From Stegostoma tigrinum (Eukaryota), in assembly GCF_030684315.1 (NCBI RefSeq), contig NC_081397.1, positions 10,006,421 to 10,070,420 on the forward strand: DNA of 64,000 nt, given 5' to 3'. The position numbers and the translations under genes were made by a program. A model generated the notes under the pieces. The model worked only from the letters and a program-made list of their open reading frames with translations. It ran no database searches and had not been told where the DNA came from. Numbering within the stretch: the first letter of the stretch is position 1; each line of letters opens with the position of its first letter. Positions 12,475-25,235 of this stretch are shown piece after piece.

Positions 12475-14140
12475 ACATTCACATCACAGAAACTGACAAC
12501 TACAGACTGATAACTAAACTGATATATCCACATTGTAGAAACTGACAGAGACTGAATGATAAATATGTTTACATATTCACACAGAAGTAGTTAGTCACTG
12601 CCTATTTCTGCGATATAAGTATGAGCTTATTTATCAATCTGTTTATATTAGTTTCTGCCATGTGAATATTTGAGTGCAGTTATCAGTTATCTGTCAGTTT
12701 ATGTACTGTGCATATGAGAGTGCAGTAATTAATCTCTAGCTGTAAGCATCTGCTACTTCAAAACATGAGTATAATTATCAATCCTTACCTGTTAGGTCCT
12801 GATATGTGAATGCATGAGTGCTGTGATCAATTTGTTCTTGTCCTTGTGCTCTGTGAAATGTAGTTTTAAAATTTGTCCCTGTCAGTCTGATATGTGAATG
12901 CATGAGTGTATTTACCACTCTGTACCTGCCGGTTTCAGGTCTGGGAATATATAAACATAGTTCTCAATTTTTATCTGTCAGTTACTTCTTTGTCAATATG
13001 TGAATGATGTTAGCTGGAACTAACTGATAGCAAGTGATATGTTAATATGTGAGTACAGTTCTGGATCTGTACCAATCAGGTTCTGCTCTTTGAATATGAT
13101 TTCAGTTATCAATTTATGCCTGTCAGTTTCTGCTCTGTCAATCTTGGAATATAGATATCAATACATAATTGGCAAACTCTGTTCTGTGAAAATTAATTTA
13201 GTTATTCAAACGTACTGTTCAGATGATGCCAAATGAGCCTGGGCATGATATTTTTATTTTGTCCATGTCAGTTTCTGCTATGTGCATATGTCAATGTCAT
13301 TATTATTCTGCACCTGTCAGTTTCTGGTTTGTGAATGTGAGGATTCAGTTATTAATCCCTACCTGTCAGTTTCAGCTAAAAGAATGAGAGTTTCACTGCT
13401 GATTTCTGCCTGTCAGTTTCTGCTCTGTCTATGTGAGTTTAACAATCAGTCTATTCCTCTCAGACTGCTGTGTGAATATGTTTGTGTAGTTATCAATCTG
13501 TACACTTTCAGCCTCTGCTTTGTGAATATGTTTGTGGAATTCTCAGTATATCACTTGCAGTTTCTGTTATGTCAATATATGAATTTAGTGATCAGTGAAT
13601 ACCTGTCAGTTTCTTCTGTGTGAATATGTACATGTCATTGTCAATCAGTACCTACAGCAGCAGATGAGTGTAGTTATTGGTCTATGCCTGTCAGTTTCTG
13701 CTCTGTGCATCGGTGAGTGAACTTACCAATCTGTCCCCATCAGTTATTTGAAACCAAGACTATTACAAACAATCATTTTGCTTTGGGAATGTGTGATTTT
13801 ACCCATCAATTTCCACCTGTGAGTTTCTGGCTTTGAATAGGCAAATGCATTTATCAATGTGTACCAGGCAGTTTTTATTCTGTGAATTTGTATGTAACAA
13901 CATTATTCTTGCTGTCAGTATCTGCAACATAAATGTGAGGCTGCATTTCCCCATCTCTCCAGTCAGTTTCTGCTGTGTGGATGGCCAAGTCAAATTATCA
14001 GTCCATGTCCGTTCCTGTTATTTGAATGTGAATATGTGATTCATCATCAATTTTCTTTTGTGTGTTTCTGGAATGTGAATGAGTCAGTGTAGGTATCAAT
14101 CTGTATCTGTCAGTTTCTACTGTTTTGTATCAATGTGCCT
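12475..14140. repeat. Degenerate ~48-bp tandem repeat array
   Basis: About 30 units, e.g. TCAGGTTCTGCT at ~13076 and TCAGTTTCTGCT at ~13123. The first two units are inverted. Confidence 0.9.
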
Positions 14141-15266
14141 TGATTCTCTTGCAGCCAGTAATATTCTCTGTGACTATGCAACATATTCTGACATAGCTAA
14201 TAGGGCATTGAGACTGGGTATTAATCTCTTCGGCATTTTGAGACTTCTGAGTTCGTTATCAGTTGGCAGGATCTAGGAGGGGTCATATAAATGGGACTGG
14301 TTTCCTATGAGAACCATTCTGAATCAACAACACAATTTACAGTTTATGTGCTGAGTATGGGTTTTATATACCGATCGTATCAGATGCTGATTCTCTGTCT
14401 CAGTACGGGATTTGTTTTTTCAGGTTTCCGTAGATTCATTTTTTTTGTATTGGACATTGTTAGTGCTCTTTCTTAAAGATTTTGTTCTGCACCTCTCTGT
14501 CTATTTCTATGTTATATTTTTAAACTAATACTCTAGACAACAGAATATCATTTACGTCATCACCAGGATCAGAATCAAGATGGGATGCAGCGTGGAAGCA
14601 GACCATTCAGCCCACTGTGCTTGCACTGGGACATTACATTCTGCATACTAGTTTCCAGTAATTGTTGGAATTGAGAACTTCTTCCACTCACTGCCAGTGT
14701 TTGTTAGTGCCAATTTGACATTAGTTCTCCAGTTATCAGCATTTGAATAGCTGCAGTGCTAGCTTCATGATGTCTGCAACCATCTCAGGTACAGCAGATA
14801 TTCACGGACTCTGTCTGATTGAGGGATTAATATTACACTGACATTTGTCCGTACCATGAGGACTAACATGATTGTGCTGTAGGGAAGGTCGAGATGAACA
14901 TCAAGCCCTTTGTCAAAAATTGAAACAAAAAATTGAAAGAGATACACAATGTTTCTTGCCAGACTGAAGCAAAAAAAAGAAATATTTACTCCTGTAAGGT
15001 GAAGAAATGATAAGGGTGAGGATAGCAGTTCCTCTTCAGCCTCAATACATTCATGGAAATAGAATGCTGGCTGATTGGGATTTTAAAAGTTGTTCACCAT
15101 TTTAAAAAAATGGTGCGGATGCAACGGGCTGATGGGCCTTTCTCTTGTGCTGTAGAGTTCTGTAACTTGAGGGTGTTAGTGGAGATCATTTTGAGTCTAT
15201 CATTTTCTATGATTTGCAGTGAACACAAAATGATTTGGTTGTTCCACATTGACTGACTGAAGGTCT

Positions 15267-15276
<10 letters not shown>

Positions 15277-15347
<71 letters not shown>
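15277..15347. repeat. (GT)n microsatellite
   Basis: Directly visible, about 35 units. Confidence 0.98.
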
Positions 15348-15349
<2 letters not shown>

Positions 15350-15664
15350 AGTGAGAGAGGAGGAGAGAATTATTCATCAAAGGATTAATTCTGTCCTTCT
15401 CAGTCACTGATAAACTTCATATAAACATGTTTCATCCACTTTAGTAACTCTTGGTGCACAGGTTCTTCCCATTTCTGTACTTAACATCTCACTGAGGTAT
15501 GGCTTTGAAACTATGTTACAGCATGATCTATTGTTTGTCTTGATTGTAACTTGGAAAATGCCCTTGTTCAATGCAGATTTAATGCTGTTCCTGAGCGTCT
15601 ATTTCGGATGACCAATCAGTCTATCCATCTTCAAAACTTGTGTCAACGTCAATGGGCTACATAC

Positions 15665-16625
15665 CTGCTGATTGTTAGCAGTAACTGGTCAGACTTGGCT
15701 TTGCACCAAGGAAATACAACATCATCCTGGTCCTTCAAGTATTTGCCTGGAGGAAGTCAACATACAGAAAGTCTGACCGTATTGAACTAATCAACATAAC
15801 ATTAAGTTCATAATCATTGGGACGTGTGTTTGTTTTTAAAAGAAGAAAACTAGAAAATTGAACAGAACCAGAGGCTTTGTTCTCTGTTCTCCAGATCTGC
15901 TCCTTTTCTGGGGATTCTCATTGTACTTGTTTTCCTGAAATAATTCGAAATCAACTGAGTGAGGTCCAGCAACTGAGCAACAACTGCACTTTCATAAATG
16001 AGGCTATCCGAAGGAGCAGGCATGCATACATACACAGTTCAATATCAGGCTCCCAACACACTACCTGTGAAAAGGAAGAGCAAAGGGCGCTATTTTAAAT
16101 ATTTCAGGTGAGAAATTTAACCTGGGGACTCAATTACCTGTCCTTTTCAGGGTTATAACATGCCTCTAGTCTGTGTTTCCACTGTTCACGGCACTATGTC
16201 CAAAAACAGCGCGAAACTGAAGCCGAACAATGAACTTCCATCAGTGTTTAGAAGACTAAAAGCTACAAGCCTGACCCCCAGCAGCAGCTTCTTGCCGCTG
16301 TGTCTCCCTCCGCAGGCCCACACACAGCCCGAGAAAGGCTTCTCTCTCCCCGCCCCCAGGCCGCTCATTCCAAGTTCCGGAACCAGTTCCTGCTCCGCTC
16401 CGCCTCTTACCAACAGCCCCCGGTTCTCCCTGAACTGAGCCCGAACCAATGCCGGTCTCGGAGCCCCCTCTGTGTCCCAGACTCACATCTCGATGCGCTG
16501 CTGGAAGGAGCCTGCTGTTCCCTCGCTTCCCTGGGCGCTGGTCTCTCCATTGCGGCCTGTTTCAAACAAACCTCTTCCACTCACTGAGCCAATGGCAGCG
16601 CTGGGGGAGGGCCTCACGCATGCGC
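15665..16625 (-). ncRNA. Putative spliced, probably non-coding transcription unit, copy 1 (exon 1 ending at 16487; exon 2 15665-15746)
   Basis: NRF1-type GCGCATGCGT (16616-16625), CCAAT (16589), donor GAGAT|GTGAGT at 16487/16486, acceptor TTCCTCCAG|, 82-nt exon, donor CAG|GTATGT. Transcription is not shown by sequence alone. Confidence 0.45.
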
Positions 16626-17099
16626 TCCTCTGGGTTGAGTGTGACAAAGGGAAATGCAGGGTTGCAGGGAAAGGGCGGTGCAATGGGTCTGGGAGGCGAT
16701 GCTCTTCAGTGGGTCGGTGTGGAATTTTAGTTGGGCTGAAGTGTCTGTTTCCACATTGTAGGGATTCTATGATGATTCTATGAAGCGTGCTGCAGATTAG
16801 GCGCATAATTACGAACTACATGCCAATGTTTTGTTATGCTCATGTCACCTCCCTTACTGTTTTCATATAGAAAAAAAGTTAGAGCATCATTTTGAATGCT
16901 TCCTCCCGCAGTCCAAAGGTGTGAAAGCTATGCTATTGGCTATGCTAAATTGCCCGTGGTGCCCAGAGATGTTTGGGTTTGGTGGGTTAGACATGAGAAA
17001 TAAAGGGTAGGGGAATAGGCCTGGGTAGGGTGCTCTTCAGAGGGGCGCTGAGGACTTGTTGGGCCAAATGGTCTGGAGCGGTTCTATGTATGGCAGCAT

Positions 17100-17620
17100 C
17101 TAAGAAGGAAAAAGAAACAAAATTAACATTCTGCGTCCAGTGACCTTTCTGCAGAATTGATGGTGGCTGGGAAAATGTCAGTTTATATGCAGATAAAAGG
17201 GGAGTGTGATGGGTTTGGAATAAATGTTAGGATAGAGCCTAACAGAGAGAAGAACATTTGGACAGAGTCGATAACGATCAGGCTGGGAGGTTGAACAGTA
17301 ATTAATGGGAACTCTTAGTGGGTGGTGGATAATGGCAGGGTATGTGGTAACAAGGCCTTGTGAGGGGGAGAGTTGAGGCCCAAAAATATTGATCTCGATA
17401 CTGGGTCTGGAGGGCTGCAGGGACCCAAGTGGAAGATGAGGTGTTGTTCTTCTAGCTTGTGTTGAGCTTCAATGGAACTCTACAGCAAGACAGAAACTGA
17501 GATGTTGGACTGGAAACGGGGTGGTGCATTAAAGTGACAGGCAACAGGAAGTTCAAGGTCTTTTTTGCAAGCAGAACATAGATGTTGTGCAAAATGATTA
17601 CCCAGTCTATGCTTTGTTTC
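17100..17620 (-). mobile_element. Penelope-like (Neptune-type) 3' fragment with decayed hammerhead motif
   Basis: Minus-strand LGNHFAQHLCS...LPVACHFN, homologous to the 18.5-20 kb element. Decayed CTGCAGA..AGAATGTT core at ~17125-17155. Confidence 0.65.
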
Positions 17621-17739
17621 ACAACTGGGTGTTTTAAGAGAATTTGGACAGTCTTTGTTACTGGGCAAGAATAATGCAGACATTTCAAAGAAAAAAATGT
17701 CAGCTGTGGACATCACTGACTGGTCTGAGCGTTGATTGA

Positions 17740-18330
17740 CCCTCCTGAAATGCCCGTGAGAAGGTGGTAGTGAACTGCCTTCCTGAACCGTTGCAGTCTC
17801 TGAGCTGCAGGTAGACCGGCATGGCCATTAGTAAGGGAATTACAGGATTTTCACGGATTGACACAGACTGAACGGCCAATATACTTCCAAGTCAGGATGG
17901 TGAGTGTCTTGGAGAAGATCTTGCAGATCATGCAGTTCCCATGAACCTGCGGCTGCTGTCTTTCAAGATGGAAGTAGTTGTGGGTTTGGAAGGTGCTATC
18001 TAATTTTATATTTGAGAGAGTGGATGTTTGTGAATGTGGTGCCAATTAACCAGGAGCAGCTTTTTCATGGATAGTACCTTGCTTGCCGTGTGCAGTTGGA
18101 GCTGCACTAATACAGGTAATGGGGGCTACAGAGGGGAAACCTTTACATTCCTGACTTGAATGTTGGAGATTTTGGACAGGTTTGAGAAATCAGGAGGGAA
18201 GTTACTTGCTGCAGTATCCATAGCCTTGGCCCTGTTATTGTAGCCATTGCATTTATCGGATGAGTCCGGTTCAATTTGTCCTTCATGGTAGCTCCCAGGA
18301 TGTTGACAGTGGAGGATACAATGATGCTGA
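17740..18330 (-). mobile_element. Decayed LINE 3' fragment
   Basis: ILGAT..DKLN.T.PIN in minus-strand ORFs. Related sequence at 43290-43580. Confidence 0.5.
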
Positions 18331-18580
18331 GGCCCAAGTCAAAGGATGCCTTGCTGCACGACTCTGTGACACAGTTTTACCCTCACACACACTGATCAGA
18401 CTTGATAGAGCCTCCATCCACCCTAACAGCAAGGTCTATCACTACAACCCCGACTACAATCCCGAATCTCTCTGGTATTGGAGATAATGGGAACTGCAGA
18501 TGCTGGAGAATACCAAGATAATAAAATGTGAGGCTGGATGAACACAGCAGGCCAAGCAGCATCTCAGGAGCACAAAAGCT

Positions 18581-18608
18581 GACGTTTCGGCCCTAGACCC
18601 TTCATCAG
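18581..18608 (-). ncRNA. Minimal type I hammerhead ribozyme motif (PLE pLTR)
   Basis: CTGATGA-A-GGGTCTAGGGCC-GAAACGTC: CUGANGA box, helix II, GAAA, palindromic ACGU in place of helix III, GUC triplet. Confidence 0.75.
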
Positions 18609-19890
18609 AGAGGGGGATGGGGAGAGGGAACTGGAATAAATAGGGAGAGAGGGGGAGGCGGACCGAAGATGGAGAGTAAAGAAGATAGGTGGAGAGAGTA
18701 TAGGTGGGGAGGTAGGGAGGGGATAGGTCAGTCCAGGGAAGACGGACAGGTCAAGGAGGTGGGATGAGGTTAGTAGGTAGATGGGGGTGCGGCTTGGGGT
18801 GGGAGGAAGGGATGGGTGAGAGGAAGAACCAGTTAGGGAGGCAGAGACAGGTTGGACTGGTTTTGGAATGCAGTGGGTGGGGGGGGGGGGGAAGAGCTGG
18901 GCTGGTTGTGTGGTGCAGTGGGGGGAGGGGACGAACTGGGCTGGTTTAGGGATGCAGTTGGGGAAGGGGAGATTTTGAAACTGGTGAAGTCCACATTGAT
19001 ACCATGAGGCTGCAGGGTTCCCAGGCGGAATATGAGTTGCTGTTCCTGCAACCTTCGGGTGGCATCATTGTGGCACTGCAGGAGGCCCATGATGGACGTG
19101 TCATCTAAAGAATGGGAGGGAGAGTGGAAATGGTTTGCGACTGGGAGGCAAGTGTAGCCGACACCTCCTCCCTCACCCCTATCCCAGGCCCCACGGTGAC
19201 ATTCCACATTAAACAGAGGTTCACCTGCACATCTGCCAATGTGGTATACTGCATCCACTGTACCCGGTGTGGCTTCCTCTACATTGGGGAAACCAAGCGG
19301 AGGCTTGGAGACCACTTTGCAGAACACCTCCGGTCAGTTCGCAACAAACAACTGCACCTCCCAGTCGCAAACCAGTTCCACTCCCCCTCCCATTCTTTAG
19401 ATGACATGTCCATCATGGGCCTCCTGCAGTGCCACAATGATGCCCCCTGAAGGTTGCAGGAACAGCAACTCATATTCCGCCTGGGAACCCTGCAGCCAAA
19501 TGGTATCAATGTGGACTTCACCAGTTTCAAAATCTCCCCTTCCCCAACTGCATCCCTAAACCAGCCCAGTTCGTCCCCTCCCCCCACTGCACCTCACAAC
19601 CAGCCCAGCTCTTCCCCCCCACCCACTGCATCCCAAAACCAGTCCAACCTGTCTCTGCCTCCCTAACCGGTTCTTCCTCTCACCCATCCCTTCCTCCCAC
19701 CCCAAGCCGCACCCCCATCTACCTACTAACCTCATCCCACCTCCTTGACCTGTCCATCTTCCCTGGACTGACCTATCCCCTCCCTACCTCCCCACCTATA
19801 CTCTCTCCACCTATCTTCTTTACTCTCCATCTTCGGTCCGCCTCCCCCTCTCTCCCTATTTATTCCAGTTCCCTCTCCCCATCCCCCTCT

Positions 19891-19918
19891 CTGATGAAGG
19901 GTCTAGGGCCGAAACGTC
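19891..19918 (+). ncRNA. Minimal type I hammerhead ribozyme motif (PLE pLTR)
   Basis: CTGATGAAGGGTCTAGGGCCGAAACGTC, the mirror copy of 18581-18608. Confidence 0.75.
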
Positions 19919-20287
19919 AACCTTTGTGCTCCTGAGATGCTGCTTGGCCTGCTGTGTTCATCCATCCTCACATTTTATTCTCTCTGGTATTGTATAGGTT
20001 AATGTAAGTGATAGTGAACAGAATTGGACATGTTGCGCTGACACTGAGAACAATCCTCCTGTATTACAGTGCGGTCATCACTATTCCTTCTCCTCTCGGA
20101 AAGTCTGTCCGGGCACACACTCACCTTGACCAGTGGTTAGCTACATCCCCCCATGCTGAGAAACTACACTGCCTGTGTGTCTCTGTTCAGTGGAGAACAG
20201 CAGATCTCCGGTTGGGATTGATTTTGTACTGTTCACTGTCAGAGCAGGAGGAGCAAATACAATTGAAAACATTGGAAACGCTCACTG

Positions 20288-20500
20288 AAGCGAACGCCAA
20301 GCCGAAAACCAAAGTTACCAAGAAAGCAGCAAAGAAATGAACCCGTCAGTGCAACATGAAACCACCTGAAGCCAAAGGCTCCTGTCAGAGACACCAACAT
20401 CTCTCAGGAAAGAGCTGGGCCCGGATCAAAGGATCCCTGTCCCAGTTCCAAGTGGAGATATGGACATTAATTGATTTGAATAACTCAAAGCACACTTTCT
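20288..20500 (+). pseudogene. H1: Histone H1 3' relic (last ~16 codons, broken stem-loop, HDE, downstream flank)
   Basis: AKPKTKVTKKAAKK* (stop ends 20340) matches the C-terminus of the H1 at 45166. Stem-loop decayed to GGCTCCTGTCAGAGAC (20377-20392). AAAGAGCTG at 20409-20417. No globular domain or promoter. Confidence 0.9.
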
Positions 20501-20599
20501 CGGCTTCATTACACCCAGCTCTTCTCACACATTCTGCAATGAATCAGTGTGAGGTTCCCCCTCTCATTTTCACTGACCATCAGTTCGGGTGCAGTTGCA

Positions 20600-21335
20600 G
20601 TTCATGAACAAAAACAAAGTAGTTGGAAAAACTCAGGTTTGGCAGCATCTATGGAGGGAAAAAAAAGAGTTAACGATTCGGCCCAGTGCCTCTTCCTCAG
20701 AACTGGACGCAGAGAGATAAAGCTGAGGCCTTTGTTGAGTACAGAGCATTCAGCATCGGAGAGCAGAAGGTTAGGAGGGATGGTGAATACCCGGCAGGAG
20801 GTGGGGAGTTTGGGGGAGGGGAGAGAGTCAGAAGGGAGGGAAGGAGAGGTATGTTCCAGAAAGCCATGGGTATTTTTGAGTTGGTGCATCTTGTGGGCCT
20901 TATTGCCTGAAAGGAAAAGAAAAAAAAGTCCCTTGTTAGCACGACGAATGAGTCAGAGGATGAAGTGGAACTGGGGAGTGGAGCAGCCCTGAGCCAGTGT
21001 GTTACAATGCTGTTGGAGAGAGAGGTTGAGAGTATGCATGTGCCGCCACATGGCACTTAGGGTGGATCTCAGGATGTGGTGAGAGGAGCTGTCCGTGAAA
21101 CGTTGAACATTATGGAGGTATCTATGCTCCTGGGAGGATTCAAAACATGAGGGATGAAACTTGAGTTGTAATCCACGTGGGGTGAGCCTGAGCCAGAGGC
21201 AGTCATTGAGGAATGTGACATAGTTGTGGAAAGTGAAATGGCTGGATGAAGGGTCTCAGCCCAAAATGTCAGCTTTTGTGCTCCTAAGATGCTGCTTGGC
21301 CTGCTGTGTTCATCCAGCCCCACACTTTGTTATGA
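20600..21335 (-). mobile_element. Penelope-like element N-terminal/pre-RT fragment flanked by pLTR pieces
   Basis: VFTIPPNLLLSDAECSVLNKGLSFISLRP matches the PLE 'LS..E..VL.KGL.F.P' motif. pLTR with decayed hammerhead at ~21245-21270 (+). Confidence 0.75.
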
Positions 21336-21889
21336 TGGCTGTGTAAAAGTCAGTTTCAGTTCCTGTCCATTTCTATTTCACATATTCAGGGAGACAGTAA
21401 CACTGGTGCAGAAACCCCGCTTCACAACACAGTGACCAAGAAATGATTTTGTCTGATTCACCGGGAGCACTGGAAACTGACTTTGTCGGATTCTACAGCA
21501 TCTGCAGTTCCTGCTATCTGTGAAATGGAAGCTGACATGCTGTCTTCTGAAAGAAAGGACAGGACATGGGCTTTTAATTGTTTCACAACTGCTTTTAAAA
21601 TTGTATCAGTGATATCAGGTTTTGTGCTCCTGAGATGCTGCTTGGCCTGCTGTGTTCATCCAGCTTCATACTTCGTCATCTTGCTTTTAAAATATCCAGG
21701 TTTTATTATCTTTGAACATCAGTTTGAGTCTGCAGGTTTTCTGCCGGGCCTTGTGTTCACTGCCCTTGTGGAGAAAAGGTTTAGTTCCAGATCCAGTTGG
21801 GGGCGGCAGTAAGCTGGAGGCGGAGCTGGACATTTCTCTGTCTGTGACTCAGTTTACTGCCCGGGCCGCCTCTCACTCCCTGTCAGCTC

Positions 21890-21924
21890 TTTCTCAGTCA
21901 GGTCGGGGCGGGCTGTATAAAAAA
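21890..21924 (+). promoter_or_regulatory. H4 promoter: site II-like element, GC box, TATA
   Basis: TTTCTCAGTCAGGTCGG resembles the H4 subtype element TCAnnnGGTCC. GGGGCGGG and TATAAAAAA (21916-21924) follow. Confidence 0.75.
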
Positions 21925-21969
21925 GGAAGGTGAGGCAGCTCGGCTCTCACTCGGCAGCGATTGGAGTGA

Positions 21970-22290
<321 letters not shown>

Positions 22291-22320
22291 GCAAATCGAC
22301 CCTTTTCCAGCGAACCCAAA

Positions 22321-22336
22321 GGCTCTTTTCAGAGCC
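22321..22336 (+). terminator. Histone 3' stem-loop (H4)
   Basis: CCCAAA-GGCTCTTTTCAGAGCC-ACCCA, followed by a purine-rich GAGAG downstream element. Confidence 0.97.
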
Positions 22337-22698
22337 ACCCAAACCCTCCGCCTGAGAGCGGAGACCTGAGGATGGGGAACCAGCACATTGGGCTGGTGCA
22401 GCGACTTTTAATTTTGTATCAATCCTTTAGGAAATATATTAACTTCGTGTCCCGCGTTGCAAGAGAGAGAGGGCGATTGTTAAATTATACTCTGCAGTAA
22501 CGTGTTTTATAATCAAGATATCCCCACACTACAGATAGAGGTTTCACGGCCAGTCGAGACGATATGGTTCTGCAGCTGGTTATGTCAGATACAGAAGGAG
22601 CGGCCGGCTCCGTCATGCGACCATGGCTGATCTGTTTCTCAATCCTAAATCTTTGATTCTCTTCCATGTGAATACCAGAATATCAGTAATAACACCAG

Positions 22699-22826
22699 TG
22701 ATAATGGGAACTGCAGATGCTGGAGAATCCAAGATAATAAAATGTGAGGCTGGATGAACACAGCAGGCCCAGCAGCATCTCAGGAGCACAAAAGCTGACG
22801 TTTCGGGCCTCGACCCTTCATCAGAA
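22699..22826 (-). mobile_element. 128-bp solo PLE pLTR fragment with intact hammerhead motif, 12-bp TSD
   Basis: TSD TAATAACACCAG at 22687-22698 and 22827-22838. Motif CTGATGAAGGGTCGAGGCCCGAAACGTC at 22797-22824 (-). Confidence 0.9.
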
Positions 22827-23105
22827 TAATAACACCAGCTGTCCATACCATGAATAATAATTTGCTCTGTCCGTAATTTTGGACCCAGGCGCTAATCATA
22901 CATATTACCGTGTTTGTACTTCATTGACGCTCCCAGGAATGATAATTTGTTCAGTTTTGATTCTGGTAGCCGTGCCGAGGTTTTTGTGGCGTGTTCATTA
23001 CCCCATCCTGTCAGAGATGGTCAGGAAATGATTCAGAGCCCTCTCCGCGCTGACTGCAAGTTAGGTTCACAAGAAAATTTTGTAAAGCATAAGATATAAT
23101 CTTAG

Positions 23106-23313
23106 GCGCAGGCGCATGGGACTTTACTTTTTAATATTATGTAAGCTCAGGCTGAAATCGGCGGGCGATTTGAAATTGACCAACTGTCATTTCAAGTTAA
23201 CCAATCAGCCTCCAATAATTATTTTACTGCCTTTTCTGTCCTTCAGTGGCTGTTTGAGGGACGGGACTGTATCCAATCCCAGCTCTAGGGCGGGCTCTCC
23301 ATTCCCATAAATA
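23106..23313 (+). promoter_or_regulatory. H3 promoter: NRF1-like site, CDE/CHR-like element, CCAAT boxes, GC box, TATA-like
   Basis: GCGCAGGCGCA at 23106; GGCGG-N4-TTTGAA at 23160-23174; CCAAT at 23201, 23212 and 23273; GGGCGG at ~23288; CATAAATA at 23306-23313. Confidence 0.7.
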
Positions 23314-23347
23314 GGCAGCGCCGCAGCAGGATCAGTATTGAGAGTAG

Positions 23348-23782
<435 letters not shown>

Positions 23783-23826
23783 ACGGAGCGTGCCCGGCCC
23801 TGTACATTCACCCCGAGAAACACAAC

Positions 23827-23842
23827 GGCTCTTTTCAGAGCC
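23827..23842 (+). terminator. Histone 3' stem-loop (H3)
   Basis: GGCTCTTTTCAGAGCC followed by a GAGAGAGCAG downstream element. Confidence 0.97.
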
Positions 23843-24543
23843 ACTAAACTGTCCCGAGAGAGCAGCAGTCGTCAGGCACTGGACTTTAGTTAATGTCATC
23901 GCACAGCATGCTATTGATGTCTCAATGCAACAAGAGTTACAGAAAATGAATGGGTCTGGGATGCACGAATTCATATTGAAGACGAGGCAACTCGGGACGA
24001 TCAGGTTTATAAATTTTCAGTAATCACAACAAATTCAAGTACTGCATTCCACCCTTTATAATTGATACATTTCCAATTGAACCGCCTGTGTGGGAATCGC
24101 TTCCCGTGGCGTTTCCCCAGCTGTAACTGAACTTGCCGGAGAAGGAGGGTGGGAAACAATCGCCAATTTCAAAACCCGCCACATTATACAAATGATTTTT
24201 GTAGTTTTGGCCATGCAATCGAAATTTTGCCCAATCTCCCACTAGCGTATTCGATCCTCTGAGGCTGGTCGGTTCTGTCTCGCATGGCATCTTTCTGGGG
24301 CCGAGCTATTCCATGTCTCATGTTCCCTGGATGGGGATACCGCTTTGAGTCACTATTTAAAGTCGCAGTCGCTGTCCCTGCAGCAAACCCTCCAACTTTA
24401 TTCGTCCCGTTCTAGTTTTATCACTGTTAAAGCGAAAACAAAAGGGATGATTTTTGCGCGTTTAGAGGACCGTGTTTGCACATAAAATGAAAATTAGTTA
24501 GCCAGCAGTGAAAGTCTAGCTGCTTTTCACTGATGTTGTGGGT

Positions 24544-24559
24544 GGCTCTTAAAAGAGCC
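24544..24559 (-). terminator. Histone 3' stem-loop (H2A copy 1)
   Basis: Minus strand CCCAAA-GGCTCTTTTAAGAGCC-ACCCA. Confidence 0.97.
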
Positions 24560-24587
24560 TTTGGGTTGTCAGATTCAAGAAGTGTCT

Positions 24588-25235
<648 letters not shown>

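Larger units (their letters stand above)
18481..19978. mobile_element. Penelope-like (Neptune-type) insertion with inverted pLTR structure, GIY-YIG fragment and 14-bp TSD
   Basis: Arms 18520-19148 and 19357-19979 are near-perfect reverse complements. The spacer and right arm encode FTCTSANVVYCIHCTRCGFLYIGETKRRLGDHFAEH. TSD TCTCTCTGGTATTG at 18467-18480 and 19979-19992. Confidence 0.93.

Noticed and set aside
16225-16280. C/D snoRNA in the conserved intron 1 block
   Set aside because: No RUGAUGA box C or terminal stem on the sense strand; only isolated CTGA.
16160-16806. Overlapping 76-107 aa ORFs in the promoter cassette (also at 42 and 47 kb)
   Set aside because: They arise from GC-rich sequence, mostly use non-ATG starts, and are broken by an indel in copy 3.
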